This document shows, one piece after another, positions 1 to 9,894 of a stretch of 64,000 bases of DNA. Source of the DNA: Terriglobales bacterium (GTDB lineage: Bacteria; Acidobacteriota; Terriglobia; Terriglobales; SCQP01); contig DATNFK010000045.1 in the NCBI GenBank assembly GCA_035606395.1, positions 26,670 to 90,669 on the forward strand, in the 5' to 3' direction. Under the pieces are notes generated by a model, which was not told the DNA's origin, did not search any database, and worked only from the letters and a program-made list of their open reading frames with translations. The number at the start of each line of letters is the position of its first letter. Within the stretch, counting starts at the first letter, position 1. Made by a program: the position numbers and the translations under genes.

Positions 1-83
1 TCCGCGGTGGTGTTCCAGTGCTTGTACATTGCATCGCCGAGCATGCCACCGCAGCCCGCTATGTAAACTCTTTTCTTGTTCAT
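1..83 (-). CDS. SDR-type NAD-dependent epimerase/dehydratase, 5' fragment (continues beyond left edge)
   Basis: ATG at 83..81, 2 nt after the stop of the upstream gene. Hand translation MNKKRVYIAGCGGMLGDAMYKHWNTTA has a Gly-rich Rossmann motif. Too short for the ORF track. Confidence 0.5.
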   Translation of the reverse strand, partial: MNKKRVYIAGCGGMLGDAMYKHWNTTA

Positions 84-85
84 AA

Positions 86-1243
86 CTAATTTAGGCCTTT
101 GAATACGCGCATGTAGTTGTGGCGCTGCGCCGCGGTCGAATACGACGCCGCAACGCGTATGCGGGCGGCGCGACCCATCGCGGCAGCCTGGTCGGGGCTG
201 GAGAGAAGCCTGCGCAACGCGAGCGCCCAGGCCTCCGTGGTGTTGGCCACGACTAAGCCGGTCACGCCGTCGTCCACCACTTCGGGGCCGGAGCCGGTTA
301 CCGAAACGACAGGAGGGATTTCCATGGCGCCGTACTGAATAGCCTTAAAACCGACTTTCCCCATTTCCCAGGTGCCTTCCGGGACGGGCATAATTCCGAT
401 ATCTAGCTGATCGAGGTCGGCGATTTCAGTTTCCCGCCGCCATTTCACGAACCGATAGTTGCGCAGCTCGGGAAACCCGGGATCAACGTCGCATATTACG
501 CGAAACTCAAAATCGAAATCGTCCTGAAGCAATTTGAGCGCGGGTCTGACAAGGTCAAGGTAGACGGCCGTGGTCTGCGATCCCGTCCACCCCACAACGG
601 GAACCCCGGAATGCGCGCTTCTGTCGCGGGTGCCGCGGTGGTACTCAAGGTCGATGCTCGTGGGAAGGATGAGGACGTTGGGGTTGTGTTCCAACGCCCA
701 ATTCTCGAGAAAGCGATTGCAGACACAAACTCTTTCCGCGTAGCGGGCCACATAGGAGGCGCGACCGGGGAATTTCAGCCACTTCACGAAGCGGTTGGAG
801 GCCGCTGTCTGCGCGATAAATACGGCGTCATCGAGATCGTAGACCACGGGAACCCCCGACCGGATCGCAAGCCACTCGATGAGAGGGGGGCCGAGTGGCG
901 CCGCCTCTCGAAATATGAAAATTCGATCGTATTGTTTGAAACGTCTCGCCAACTTCACTCGGGCGGAGAAGGCGGACAGGACCATAGCACATTTGCGAAA
1001 AACCTCACCCTGCCGGTGCAGGGCCGAGGGGGCGAGATCGAAAAAAGGAACATCGTCAACGCAGACACCCTGGCTAGCTAGAAATTCCAAGTACTGCTCA
1101 TAGCGAAAGCGCTGTCCAGGAGATGTGCCTCGAGCGTATTGGCATAGGACGAGTACGCGCGGCCCCCCATGTGCCCGTTGCTGGCCCGCATCAGGCGCGA
1201 TTAGGGCGCCAGCCATGTCTGCGTCGAGTACCGGATTCAGCAT
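86..1243 (-). CDS. Glycosyltransferase, GT-B fold (group 1 / GT4-like)
   Basis: 385-aa ORF with a GT-B donor-binding block GFKAIQYGAMEIPPVVSVTGSGPEVVDDGVTGLVV. The ATG overlaps the upstream stop (ATGCTGA, 1237..1243). Confidence 0.8.
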   Translation of the reverse strand: MLNPVLDADMAGALIAPDAGQQRAHGGPRVLVLCQYARGTSPGQRFRYEQYLEFLASQGVCVDDVPFFDLAPSALHRQGEVFRKCAMVLSAFSARVKLARRFKQYDRIFIFREAAPLGPPLIEWLAIRSGVPVVYDLDDAVFIAQTAASNRFVKWLKFPGRASYVARYAERVCVCNRFLENWALEHNPNVLILPTSIDLEYHRGTRDRSAHSGVPVVGWTGSQTTAVYLDLVRPALKLLQDDFDFEFRVICDVDPGFPELRNYRFVKWRRETEIADLDQLDIGIMPVPEGTWEMGKVGFKAIQYGAMEIPPVVSVTGSGPEVVDDGVTGLVVANTTEAWALALRRLLSSPDQAAAMGRAARIRVAASYSTAAQRHNYMRVFKGLN

Positions 1244-2478
1244 GCCTTTGCCACCTCAGCGACCGGCTTTGCCGCTCTGGATACATTCAGCCGTGCGTAG
1301 AGGGCGGCGTAAGCCGCAGCGCCGGCCTGAATGTCCAGCAGCGGTCTTGTCCGGGCACAGGCGAGGCCGGTGACCTGGGGGTCCGCTAGCGTGCATGCAA
1401 TAGTCGCGGCGCACTCGCGGAGAGCCGCAGTGCTGGTCTCATTCAGCACAATCCCCGAGCCCGCAAGGCGCACCAGGTTGGCGACCTCATCATTGCAGCC
1501 AAAAAGGACGGGACGGACTCGTGCGGCAAAAAACTCCGCCAGTTTGGTGGGGACGGAGCCGCGCTTCGCAAGCCCCGGTTCGAGGAGCAGGAGGCCCCAG
1601 TGAGCCAGCGAAAGCCACGCCGGCATTTCGCTGTAGCAAACGCTGTGATCCGACCACGACTCGGAAGGCAGGCCGGCCGCCATTATTGCGGAGCGCAGGG
1701 GCAGAGGGTCGCGGGTGATGCAAAGCAGGTACGAATTGGGTTGGCAACGATAGATTTGCCGAAACAGCTCAATGCTCTCGGGAAGCAGGTAGGCATTCGT
1801 GTGCGAGCCGACATAGGTGACGACGAGGCGGCCTTTGAGGCGGGGGAGTAAGGCGCGGGTCGAAGACAATGGCTTTGGCGCGCTCCACTTGTCATAATTC
1901 GTGCAGGTGGGGACAACCACAATTTCGCCGGCCTGGCGCCGGAGATGCTGCAAGTCGCTTGCCTGGAGTTGGGTTAGCGTGACCACCGCGGCTGCATCGC
2001 GGACCAAGCGTCTCTCAATCCTTTTCCCTATTGCGTAGATTCGATCGTGTGTAAACCACTTTCGGACCGCACGTTTCTCGTCGATCCAGTACCCGCGCAT
2101 ATCGAAAATGTAATTGCCGCCCAGGAGTCTGGTCGCGACCCAAGCGACCGCGGCGGGTGGATAGGAGCGGGCATGGACAAGCAACGGCCGGGAGCGCGGC
2201 GTTTTCCAAAGAGCGTTGAACGCCCGAAACAGATTGCGCAACATTGCGCCGGCGCCGCCGGAAGAGTATGGCAAGGGCTGCCATGAAATGTCAGCGTCGG
2301 CGAGTTCTAGCTTGACAGCCGAGATCGCCACCACGTCTGCCAAGTCACTGGTGCGCTCGAGGGAAACTATGTGAATGGGATGGCCTAAAGAAGCAAGCTG
2401 GCGCAAATACGGGATGACATTGGCCTGTGCGATGGGCTGTAGGAGCCCATCGAAAGTGAGGTAAAGCACGGTGGCCAT
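1237..2478 (-). CDS. Glycosyltransferase, GT-B fold (GT4-like)
   Basis: 413-aa ORF with N-terminus MATVLYLTFDG and C-terminal PTKLAEFFAARVRPVLFG block typical of group-1 glycosyltransferases. Assignment is by motif recognition only. Confidence 0.7.
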   Translation of the reverse strand: MATVLYLTFDGLLQPIAQANVIPYLRQLASLGHPIHIVSLERTSDLADVVAISAVKLELADADISWQPLPYSSGGAGAMLRNLFRAFNALWKTPRSRPLLVHARSYPPAAVAWVATRLLGGNYIFDMRGYWIDEKRAVRKWFTHDRIYAIGKRIERRLVRDAAAVVTLTQLQASDLQHLRRQAGEIVVVPTCTNYDKWSAPKPLSSTRALLPRLKGRLVVTYVGSHTNAYLLPESIELFRQIYRCQPNSYLLCITRDPLPLRSAIMAAGLPSESWSDHSVCYSEMPAWLSLAHWGLLLLEPGLAKRGSVPTKLAEFFAARVRPVLFGCNDEVANLVRLAGSGIVLNETSTAALRECAATIACTLADPQVTGLACARTRPLLDIQAGAAAYAALYARLNVSRAAKPVAEVAKAC

Positions 2479-2554
2479 GATTTAGGTTGCGGCGGTGCGG
2501 TGGCGTTGTGCGGCAGGCGCATGCCGCGCCCTTATGGTTGGCATGCGGCCGATT

Positions 2555-3901
2555 CTAGAGCCGGTATGAACCTGCGCCGACAGCGTCTGTTTCTTCGCGA
2601 CTGGCATTCGTTTCACTCTTGGTAAAGACCGCCCCAAGCCAGGCCGCACCCGCCAAGAGTAGCAAAAGCCGCACAGGAATTGTGTTGCGGCTTTGGCTTA
2701 CAAAAAGGCCGATTGTAAGGCCGAAATAGCAAATAAGAGACGTGATGATGGTGCCCAGAACCCGTTCCTCCGTCCCCACACTGCTTCGCATTAGAAAAAC
2801 AGATCCGGCAAAACCCAGGAAGAGAACCAGCAAAGTATCAGCCAGCAAGAACACTCGAACCGGCAGTTGAAAGTGCTGTAGTGAAAGCGTGGGAATCCAA
2901 TCTTTAACCCAACCAACCCAAAGGTAATGGCGGATATAGTCGCCGGGCCATGCTTTAAAATCCGTAAACGCAGCGGCTCTCATCAATTTATCGGATTGGG
3001 CTGATTTGGCGCGATCACAAAGCGGGAAAGGCGCCGGGTCTGCCGCCGGTGTCCCTAGCTTCGCATTGATTGCCTCAAATTGGGAGAGCATTCCAGACTG
3101 CGCAATGATTGGCGTGGCACCGCGGCCATTGGCAAATTGGACCAGGTCGGGAGACGGGATGCGTGCCTCCCAGGCGGCATACAACATCGGCTCGCCACTC
3201 CCACTCTGTGCGGTGACCGGGGTAAAGCGGCCAAAATGCGATAGGTTCCACGTCGCATAAGGCGCCAACACCAGGAAAGAGCACGCCGCAACCAGGATCG
3301 CCTCCCTGAGGCGCATGTGGGCGATCCAGAGCCCAATCGCTACTACCACGCCGAGCGGCAGCAGTTGTGCGCGGCAAAGCGCGCTGAGGCCGAGCGCGGC
3401 GCCGGCGAGGCAATACGCCCACGGATGCTTACAGGAAATGAGCAGATATACCGCACCAGTAATCAGAAATACTGTTGGCGCTTCGGCCATGACGAGCGAC
3501 GCTGAGTATGCGACCGCAGGGTAGATGGCGGCAATGGCAAGGAAAATTGCGCCTGCGAGGGCAGAGAACCTTCGCGCAACAGAAAAGAGCAATGCGATTG
3601 CAGCAAGGTAAAGTGATAGTTGGCACGCGACCTCAGCCTTGACAGACGGCCCAAATGTCAGTGTTACTGCCGACAGAAAAAGAGGGTAGCCCGGTGGACG
3701 CCACCCCTCCGGCTGGAGCGCCCCGTCGCAGGCGAGGGAGTATCCGTTGCCGCTTAGCATGTTCTGCGAAAGACCGCGATAGTGAGGGCTGTCAGCCGTT
3801 ATCGGATTGCTGACAAGACCGATGCCAATAACCTGGATCAGTATGATCAGCCAAAGCGCAAGGTTAATCTGGCGCGCGTGTTTCGCAATAAAGTGATTCA
3901 T
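2555..3901 (-). CDS. Polytopic membrane glycosyltransferase, GT-C fold (ArnT/PMT-like)
   Basis: 448-aa ORF, hydrophobic throughout. The N-terminal loop and the GYPLFLS segment resemble PMT_2/ArnT-type enzymes. It lies two genes downstream of a polyprenol-phosphate GT. Confidence 0.6.
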   Translation of the reverse strand: MNHFIAKHARQINLALWLIILIQVIGIGLVSNPITADSPHYRGLSQNMLSGNGYSLACDGALQPEGWRPPGYPLFLSAVTLTFGPSVKAEVACQLSLYLAAIALLFSVARRFSALAGAIFLAIAAIYPAVAYSASLVMAEAPTVFLITGAVYLLISCKHPWAYCLAGAALGLSALCRAQLLPLGVVVAIGLWIAHMRLREAILVAACSFLVLAPYATWNLSHFGRFTPVTAQSGSGEPMLYAAWEARIPSPDLVQFANGRGATPIIAQSGMLSQFEAINAKLGTPAADPAPFPLCDRAKSAQSDKLMRAAAFTDFKAWPGDYIRHYLWVGWVKDWIPTLSLQHFQLPVRVFLLADTLLVLFLGFAGSVFLMRSSVGTEERVLGTIITSLICYFGLTIGLFVSQSRNTIPVRLLLLLAGAAWLGAVFTKSETNASREETDAVGAGSYRL

Positions 3902-3910
3902 CAGCTTCCT

Positions 3911-5269
3911 CTAATGGCCGTATCCGGCGGAGAAGTGCTTGTTTGCCGCGTCGCGAGCTGCGTTCCACCCTGCCTTGGTACCAACCAGCAGGCCGAATAA
4001 CAGGAAGATTGGAATTATCGTTGCGCGCTCACGGCTAATCATCCCGAGATTTCCATATCCGCCGACCGCATACGGAGTAATCCACGAAATACAGAGAAGC
4101 ACGATCCATACCGGTACCGGGTCTCCGGCCCCAATTACGCTGCGCCATCGGGTAACGCCTCGAATCACCAAATAAACGAGAATCGCGCTCTCCAGCGCGG
4201 GTACCAGCATAAATACACTCTTTACTTCCCACAGCATTGGTCGAAGTGCCGCCGTGAAAGCACCCCATGGCCAGAATCTCAGAAGTGATCCAAAACTGTC
4301 GATGACCACCGGCGCCTGACTGCTCTTCGAGGCCGTGTCGCTGGTGAAGCCCGCAATGATGGTGTTTGATTGCGATACGATGGACTGGACGCTTTGCAAA
4401 CCAAATTGCTGCGCAAATACAATCCAGCCATAAAGGAGAGCGGCCCCACCGCCGATCAATGTGGCAAAGCGTTGGGCAGGGGCTTTAAGCTTTAAGGCGG
4501 CTGTGCCCAAGAGTGCCGCTGAGCAGATTGGCACGTACCACACGCGGATTACGCCTGCAATCGCGATCCCGGCTACGACGATTACAAGATATAGTGGCCT
4601 GGCATGACGAAGCCATCCAACGGAACCAAAGCAATAAATGCCGACACCAAGCATTACCAACGGATCCTTGTCAAGGATTGACGACCAGAATGCAACGCTT
4701 GGAGTCAAGCCGAGAATCCACAACAGCCTTTGCTCTCGGCGACCGAGGTATAGACAGGCCGCGCGGTAAAGAATGTATATTCCAAGAAGGCCGACGAGGG
4801 AAAACACCGTCATCAATGTGAAGTAGCTATGGCCAGTAACCCTGGCGACAATCCATGCGATGGCAACAAGCCTTTTGTTGCTTCCCCCCTCCAGAGCCAT
4901 TGCATCCGACAATCTCATCGTACTTGAAAACCAGTAAATGCCGCCTGAATCGCCAGATCCATAGTGATTGAAATATGCCATCATCACCACGAAATTGATG
5001 AACATTTTCGCGACCCAGAGCCCGGCCAAGGTGCGTGCCTCGCGCATGGGCAGGACAAGAATGAGAACAAGAGCTATGGACGCAAAAAGAAGACCGCGCA
5101 GGTAGTCCGCGAAGAGCTGCGTGCCGGGGATGTCGTGAAGGAAAGCCGGGACGCCAATCGCCAGCCGCCAACCCGCGGCGCCGATGCAGACCGCTAACGT
5201 CACCGTCAGAACAATAGGGACCAATCGATCCCCCGGCAACAATATAATGTCTGAGTTACGCCATTGCAT
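3911..5269 (-). CDS. Polytopic integral membrane protein, function unknown (candidate polymerase or second GT-C-like enzyme)
   Basis: 452-aa ORF with many hydrophobic spans, ending 9 nt before the GT-C gene start. No motif I can name. Confidence 0.6.
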   Translation of the reverse strand: MQWRNSDIILLPGDRLVPIVLTVTLAVCIGAAGWRLAIGVPAFLHDIPGTQLFADYLRGLLFASIALVLILVLPMREARTLAGLWVAKMFINFVVMMAYFNHYGSGDSGGIYWFSSTMRLSDAMALEGGSNKRLVAIAWIVARVTGHSYFTLMTVFSLVGLLGIYILYRAACLYLGRREQRLLWILGLTPSVAFWSSILDKDPLVMLGVGIYCFGSVGWLRHARPLYLVIVVAGIAIAGVIRVWYVPICSAALLGTAALKLKAPAQRFATLIGGGAALLYGWIVFAQQFGLQSVQSIVSQSNTIIAGFTSDTASKSSQAPVVIDSFGSLLRFWPWGAFTAALRPMLWEVKSVFMLVPALESAILVYLVIRGVTRWRSVIGAGDPVPVWIVLLCISWITPYAVGGYGNLGMISRERATIIPIFLLFGLLVGTKAGWNAARDAANKHFSAGYGH

Positions 5270-5310
5270 TTCTGAATGTGTATACTAGAGTTAGTACTGT
5301 CGCTATCACT

Positions 5311-6108
5311 CTATTTATTTCTCCGCAATTTGCCAATAGTAAGAACAAATCCAAGCAGGTCCGCCGCGGTCAGCTTTGAGCTGCCAGACAGCCGCTTACC
5401 AAAAGTAATCGGCACCTCGGCCACAGGGCACCCTGAGCGCAGCATCCCAACGATCAAGCGAGTCTGAAAGGCGTAACCGCGTGACTCAGCGGTAGAGTGT
5501 TGAAGGTTGCCCAGGGCGCCGGCTCGGATACATCGGTATCCAGAAGTGTAATCGGTGAGGTGTGGAACCGCGAGTGAGTGGTGGATCCACCAGCTTGCCA
5601 CCTTACTGATCAAGCGACGGTGCACAGGCAAGCCAGGGGTCAGACTCCCCGCGGCAAAACGTGAGCCTATTGCAACTCCGAGGCCGGGAGGGCATGCCGC
5701 GATCAGGCGAGGAAGTGCGTCGGGGTCGTGCTGGAGATCGCCGTCCATTTGAACAATAATTTCTGGTGATACCTCACGAAGCGCATACTGGAACCCTTTC
5801 AGGTACGCATCTCCAAGACCAGCCCTCGGAACGGTCAAAACAACGATCCTGTTATGCATCGCCTGGCATTCCCGGATTATGTCGCCTGTTCCGTCGCGCG
5901 AATGTCCGTCCACAATAACAGCCCATAGCTCAAAAGGAATCGTAGGAGCGATATCGTCGAACAGGCGTCTCAAAAGGATTCCTATAGTACCCCGTTCATT
6001 GTACGTGGGTATCACAACGCAGCACCTGGAGACTTGCTTGGCAGGCGCCGGTTGCGCCGCCCCGCCTGCAAAGTGTGCGGCCGCGAAGTAGTGGTGATAT
6101 TCGGACAC
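5311..6108 (-). CDS. Polyprenol-phosphate glycosyltransferase, GT2 (Dpm1/GtrB/ArnC-like)
   Basis: 265-aa ORF with GT2 signatures VVIPTYNERGTI, DGHSRDGT and QMDGDLQHDP. Confidence 0.8.
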   Translation of the reverse strand: MSEYHHYFAAAHFAGGAAQPAPAKQVSRCCVVIPTYNERGTIGILLRRLFDDIAPTIPFELWAVIVDGHSRDGTGDIIRECQAMHNRIVVLTVPRAGLGDAYLKGFQYALREVSPEIIVQMDGDLQHDPDALPRLIAACPPGLGVAIGSRFAAGSLTPGLPVHRRLISKVASWWIHHSLAVPHLTDYTSGYRCIRAGALGNLQHSTAESRGYAFQTRLIVGMLRSGCPVAEVPITFGKRLSGSSKLTAADLLGFVLTIGKLRRNK

Positions 6109-6115
6109 GTTTTGG

Positions 6116-8086
6116 CTAGTCGAAGAGGACAGTGGCAGAAGCGGCCAGGGTGTGCTGCTGATCGAGCCACCCGTTCAGCATCAACACTGCCCATAAAATC
6201 GAGTGGTGCCGGGCGCGCCCTTCGAGATGTTCCTGCCAAAGGAGAGCGACCTGCTTGGTATCAATTATTCCGTTCTGCTTGAATAGTAGCGACTCACACC
6301 AGTCTCGAAGAGGGCCGCCCAACCACCCCGCAATTGGGAGTGCGAAGCCGGCCTTTGGCCGTTGCAGGAGTCGTCGGGGCACGTACTTGTCGAGTACTTT
6401 CCGGAGCAGGAACTTGGTGGTCCCTCCCCGGATCTTAAGCCGCCCCGGCAGTGCGACGCAGAATTCAACCAGGTCATCGTCTAACAGTGGCAATCGCGTC
6501 TCCAGACTGACCGCCATGCTGGCCCTGTCGACCTTGGTTAGGATGTCGTCAGGAAGGTAGGTAAGTAAATCAAAGTACGACATGCGGTCGGCGGCCTCTT
6601 TGAGAAAGCCTGGGATCGGGCGTTGGCTTGGCGTGCGCGGAATCAGGGATGGATTTGTTAATACAGCATTGCTTCGCGGTCCAAGCGAACAAAGTCGGTC
6701 ATAGATTTCATCTGGTGACAGCGCGCCGAGTACCGAAGCAACTTTTGATATTCGGTTGGCTCCGGCGCGCTCCGCATCCTGTTTGAGCACTTTTCGCGCC
6801 AAGACTTCAAGTCTGGACGGGGAAAGATCGCCGATTTGTTTTAGGAGACCGGCCGCTAATGGTCGCACGCTGGATGGAATCCAACGGATGGCATTCCATA
6901 TGCGCTGGCCGTAAAGGTAACGGAGGTAACCACCGAAGAGCTCGTCACCTCCGTCGCCGGATAGCGCGACAGTAACCGAATGGCGCGCAAAACGAGAGAC
7001 CAGTAAGGTCGGCACTTGAGACGAGTCAGCGAACGGTTCGTCATAAATCTCGGGGAGCTCTGGTATGACGGCCATCGCCTCACTGGGGCGCACGTAGAAT
7101 TCGGCATGGTCCGCGCCGATGAATTCCGCGATCCTTTTTGCGAACGGAGCTTCGTCATAGGCCTCGTCTTCAAAACCTATCGAGAACGTCCGCACAGGCC
7201 TCGTGCTATGTTCCTGCATCATTGCCGCGACGAGGGAGGAGTCCAAACCACCAGAAAGAAATACGCCGAGCGGAACGTCTGCAACCATGTGGCGCGTTAC
7301 TGCACTGCGCAGCCTCTCCTCGAGTTCTGCCGCGGCAGGCTCGACATCGTTAGCTGAGTAAATACGTGTCGGAGGCTTGCGTTGTACGAGTTCTTCCAGT
7401 GACCAATAAGCGCGTGCGACACTGCAGGGCGCCGTCGCGCTAGAGCGATGTATATGGCCGGGTTCGAGTTTGTGGATGCCCTTGTAAATACTTAGAGGGG
7501 CGGGTATGTAACCCGCAAGGAAATATTGCGCGAGCGCGTCCGGATTCGTATCGGCGGCGAAGCCAGGAATCGCCGCGAAAGCCTTGAGTTCTGAAGCGAA
7601 TGCAAAGGCTCCGCCAATGTTACCGTAATACAGTGGCTTAATGCCCAAGCGGTCCCGAAAGAGCCACAATTCTCTCTCGCGGGCATCCCAAAGACCGCAC
7701 GCAAACATGCCTTGCAGGCGTTTAACGGCGGCCTCAACTCCCCATTGAACCACGGCAGCGAGGATCACTTCGGTGTCGGAGCGTCCGCGAAAGTGGTGCC
7801 CAATCGCTTCGAGCTCACGCCGCAGTGTGGCAAAGTTATAGATTTCTCCGTTAAAGACCAGCGTGTATCGGCGGTCGCTCGAATGCATGGGTTGGTCGCC
7901 GGCCGGGCTGAGATCGATGATTGCGAGCCGGCGAAACCCGAGCGCAATCGCGCCGTCGGGACTGGACCATACCCCCTGCGAGTCTGGTCCACGGTGCTTG
8001 AGCCGTGCTGCCATTCCTGATGCAACGGCCTCCCTGGACCGGCGGTCGCGAGAGTCACCTCCTAGAATTCCAGCTATACCACACAT
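6116..8086 (-). CDS. asnB: Asparagine synthase (glutamine-hydrolysing) family amidotransferase
   Basis: 656-aa ORF with the MCGIAG Ntn-glutaminase N-terminus and the SGGLDSS PP-loop. Confidence 0.9.
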   Translation of the reverse strand: MCGIAGILGGDSRDRRSREAVASGMAARLKHRGPDSQGVWSSPDGAIALGFRRLAIIDLSPAGDQPMHSSDRRYTLVFNGEIYNFATLRRELEAIGHHFRGRSDTEVILAAVVQWGVEAAVKRLQGMFACGLWDARERELWLFRDRLGIKPLYYGNIGGAFAFASELKAFAAIPGFAADTNPDALAQYFLAGYIPAPLSIYKGIHKLEPGHIHRSSATAPCSVARAYWSLEELVQRKPPTRIYSANDVEPAAAELEERLRSAVTRHMVADVPLGVFLSGGLDSSLVAAMMQEHSTRPVRTFSIGFEDEAYDEAPFAKRIAEFIGADHAEFYVRPSEAMAVIPELPEIYDEPFADSSQVPTLLVSRFARHSVTVALSGDGGDELFGGYLRYLYGQRIWNAIRWIPSSVRPLAAGLLKQIGDLSPSRLEVLARKVLKQDAERAGANRISKVASVLGALSPDEIYDRLCSLGPRSNAVLTNPSLIPRTPSQRPIPGFLKEAADRMSYFDLLTYLPDDILTKVDRASMAVSLETRLPLLDDDLVEFCVALPGRLKIRGGTTKFLLRKVLDKYVPRRLLQRPKAGFALPIAGWLGGPLRDWCESLLFKQNGIIDTKQVALLWQEHLEGRARHHSILWAVLMLNGWLDQQHTLAASATVLFD

Positions 8087-8092
8087 AAGTTC

Positions 8093-9064
8093 TTACGCGC
8101 GGCCTCGAATGCCTTTGGCAAGCGTCGTGCGGCGGATTCGATCGCGCACGTTGAGGAGGAGCCCTGCTGGCAACGCAACTATCCATAGAACTTGCGCCGC
8201 CGACGCCTGAAGGTCTCGCAATTGCGCCGCTGCGCCGATTCCCTGCGCGAATGAAAATCGGATATAGTTTGCGGCGGCGCGGTAGAACTTGGCGGGATCC
8301 TTGAAAATCCAAGCGCAGTGGTACCGCAGCAGGCTCAGGTGGACGGCTCGCAGGCCCGGGCCATGCTTGATGCCGGTGCTACTTGTTATGCCGACCGATA
8401 GGTGGCCCTCTGCGCCTGGCGTCTGCTCCGTATGAAAAATCCGAAGCCGCTCGGCAATGTGCCTCTGCTGGTACTTAGTCGCCATGCGATTAATCACCGT
8501 TCCTTCGTAGAGGCACTGTCGATAGCCGGCAATGAGCTCGAATGGAAACTGTTTCGCAATTTCCGTGCGATAAAAATGCCAGGTCTCCCACAGATGGAAG
8601 CGGAAATGTGCCTCGACCGGGGTGCAGTCTATCACCGCTGCCGGCAACGGCGGACCATAGGGTTTGCCAGTTTCGTCGAGGGTCAAGGACGTTACGCCGG
8701 AAAAATGCGCGCGATGCTGAATCGGCAGTTCGTTCCAGTGACGAAGGAGGGTTGCCAGAGCCTCAGGGAGACATTCATCATCGGAATCGAGGCAAACGAA
8801 AAACTGGCCGCGAGCTTCCTGAAGTCCCCGGTTCCAAGCCGCCGCCTTGCTTGCATTTTCCTGCCACACGTAGCGAATAGGAAATCGTGCGTGAGCCTGC
8901 CAAGCAGAAACTCGCTCTTGGGTACGGTCGGCAGAGCCGTCGTCCACGATCAGCCACTCAAAATCCCGGTTGGTCTGGCGACACAGGCTCTCGTAGGGCC
9001 GGTGGATGGTGACCTCACGGTTGAATGTAGGCGTGAAAACGGTAACCAGGGGGCAGTCTTTCAT
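8093..9064 (-). CDS. Glycosyltransferase family 2
   Basis: Motifs VTVFTPTFNRE, LIVDDGSADRT and DSDDE. Start set to ATG 9064 (MKDCPLV) because the track ORF (to 9100) overlaps the upstream gene. Confidence 0.8.
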   Translation of the reverse strand: MKDCPLVTVFTPTFNREVTIHRPYESLCRQTNRDFEWLIVDDGSADRTQERVSAWQAHARFPIRYVWQENASKAAAWNRGLQEARGQFFVCLDSDDECLPEALATLLRHWNELPIQHRAHFSGVTSLTLDETGKPYGPPLPAAVIDCTPVEAHFRFHLWETWHFYRTEIAKQFPFELIAGYRQCLYEGTVINRMATKYQQRHIAERLRIFHTEQTPGAEGHLSVGITSSTGIKHGPGLRAVHLSLLRYHCAWIFKDPAKFYRAAANYIRFSFAQGIGAAAQLRDLQASAAQVLWIVALPAGLLLNVRDRIRRTTLAKGIRGRA

Positions 9065-9071
9065 ATATGGA

Positions 9072-9875
9072 TTAATGGTCAGAACCGGTCTGGGTTGCAA
9101 GACAGATGCCCACGGGGCCGCGAACAGCGTTATAGGTAGAGAAACCTACACTTTTGAGGATTGCGATGCATTGATCGCGTAATTCAGCCGAGTGGTATTC
9201 GAGTGCAACCCTCTGAACTCGCTTCCAAACGACCGGTTCGCAACCAGATAATATTTCTGCCTCCGCGCCCTCTGCATCGATTTTCAGAAGCGCGACCCTC
9301 TCGTCGGGTCGACATGCCAGCGTGATCGCCTGCGCCAGGGAGACACAGGGGACTGCCGCTGTGGTTGCGGTTGTCTGCGGTCTGAATTGTTGCACAATGC
9401 TTTTTTCCTGGTCTGAAAGCAGGAGCGAACCGCTACCAGGTTCGGACCAGACAGCGAAGTTATAGACCCGGACACGATGACCCAGTTTGCTGGCGGCGAT
9501 GTTTGCCTGCAGCGTTGCAAAACTCTGCGGGTCGGGTTCGAAGCAGTGAACCCGATTTTCCCTGCCGAGGCTGCACACGTGGATGGCGAAGACGCCGATG
9601 TTGGCGCCGATATCGAGAATGACGTCATTTTCACCTCGGCGGTAAAACCAGCGCGGCGTATAATGGCGTTCCAAAATAATCTCCTGAATTAGAAATTGTA
9701 ATGAGTCGCGCTCAGTGGACCCAAGGCGAGCGCCGGAACGGAATACTACTGTCCGGGGCGCGAGCTCGCGGCGATAGAGACCGCGGACTGCGGCCCAGGG
9801 ATTTCTGAGCGCGATGGCGAGCTGGACCGATTCGCGCGCCAACCCAGGGCGGAAGATCGGGGGAAGAGGAGGCAT
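9072..9875 (-). CDS. FkbM-family methyltransferase
   Basis: Motifs VILDIGANIGVFAIH and LKIDAEGAE. ATG 9875 is preferred over GTG 9923, which overlaps the upstream gene by 29 nt. Confidence 0.75.
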   Translation of the reverse strand: MPPLPPIFRPGLARESVQLAIALRNPWAAVRGLYRRELAPRTVVFRSGARLGSTERDSLQFLIQEIILERHYTPRWFYRRGENDVILDIGANIGVFAIHVCSLGRENRVHCFEPDPQSFATLQANIAASKLGHRVRVYNFAVWSEPGSGSLLLSDQEKSIVQQFRPQTTATTAAVPCVSLAQAITLACRPDERVALLKIDAEGAEAEILSGCEPVVWKRVQRVALEYHSAELRDQCIAILKSVGFSTYNAVRGPVGICLATQTGSDH

Positions 9876-9894
9876 GTGGCGGTTGTTAGGGCAA

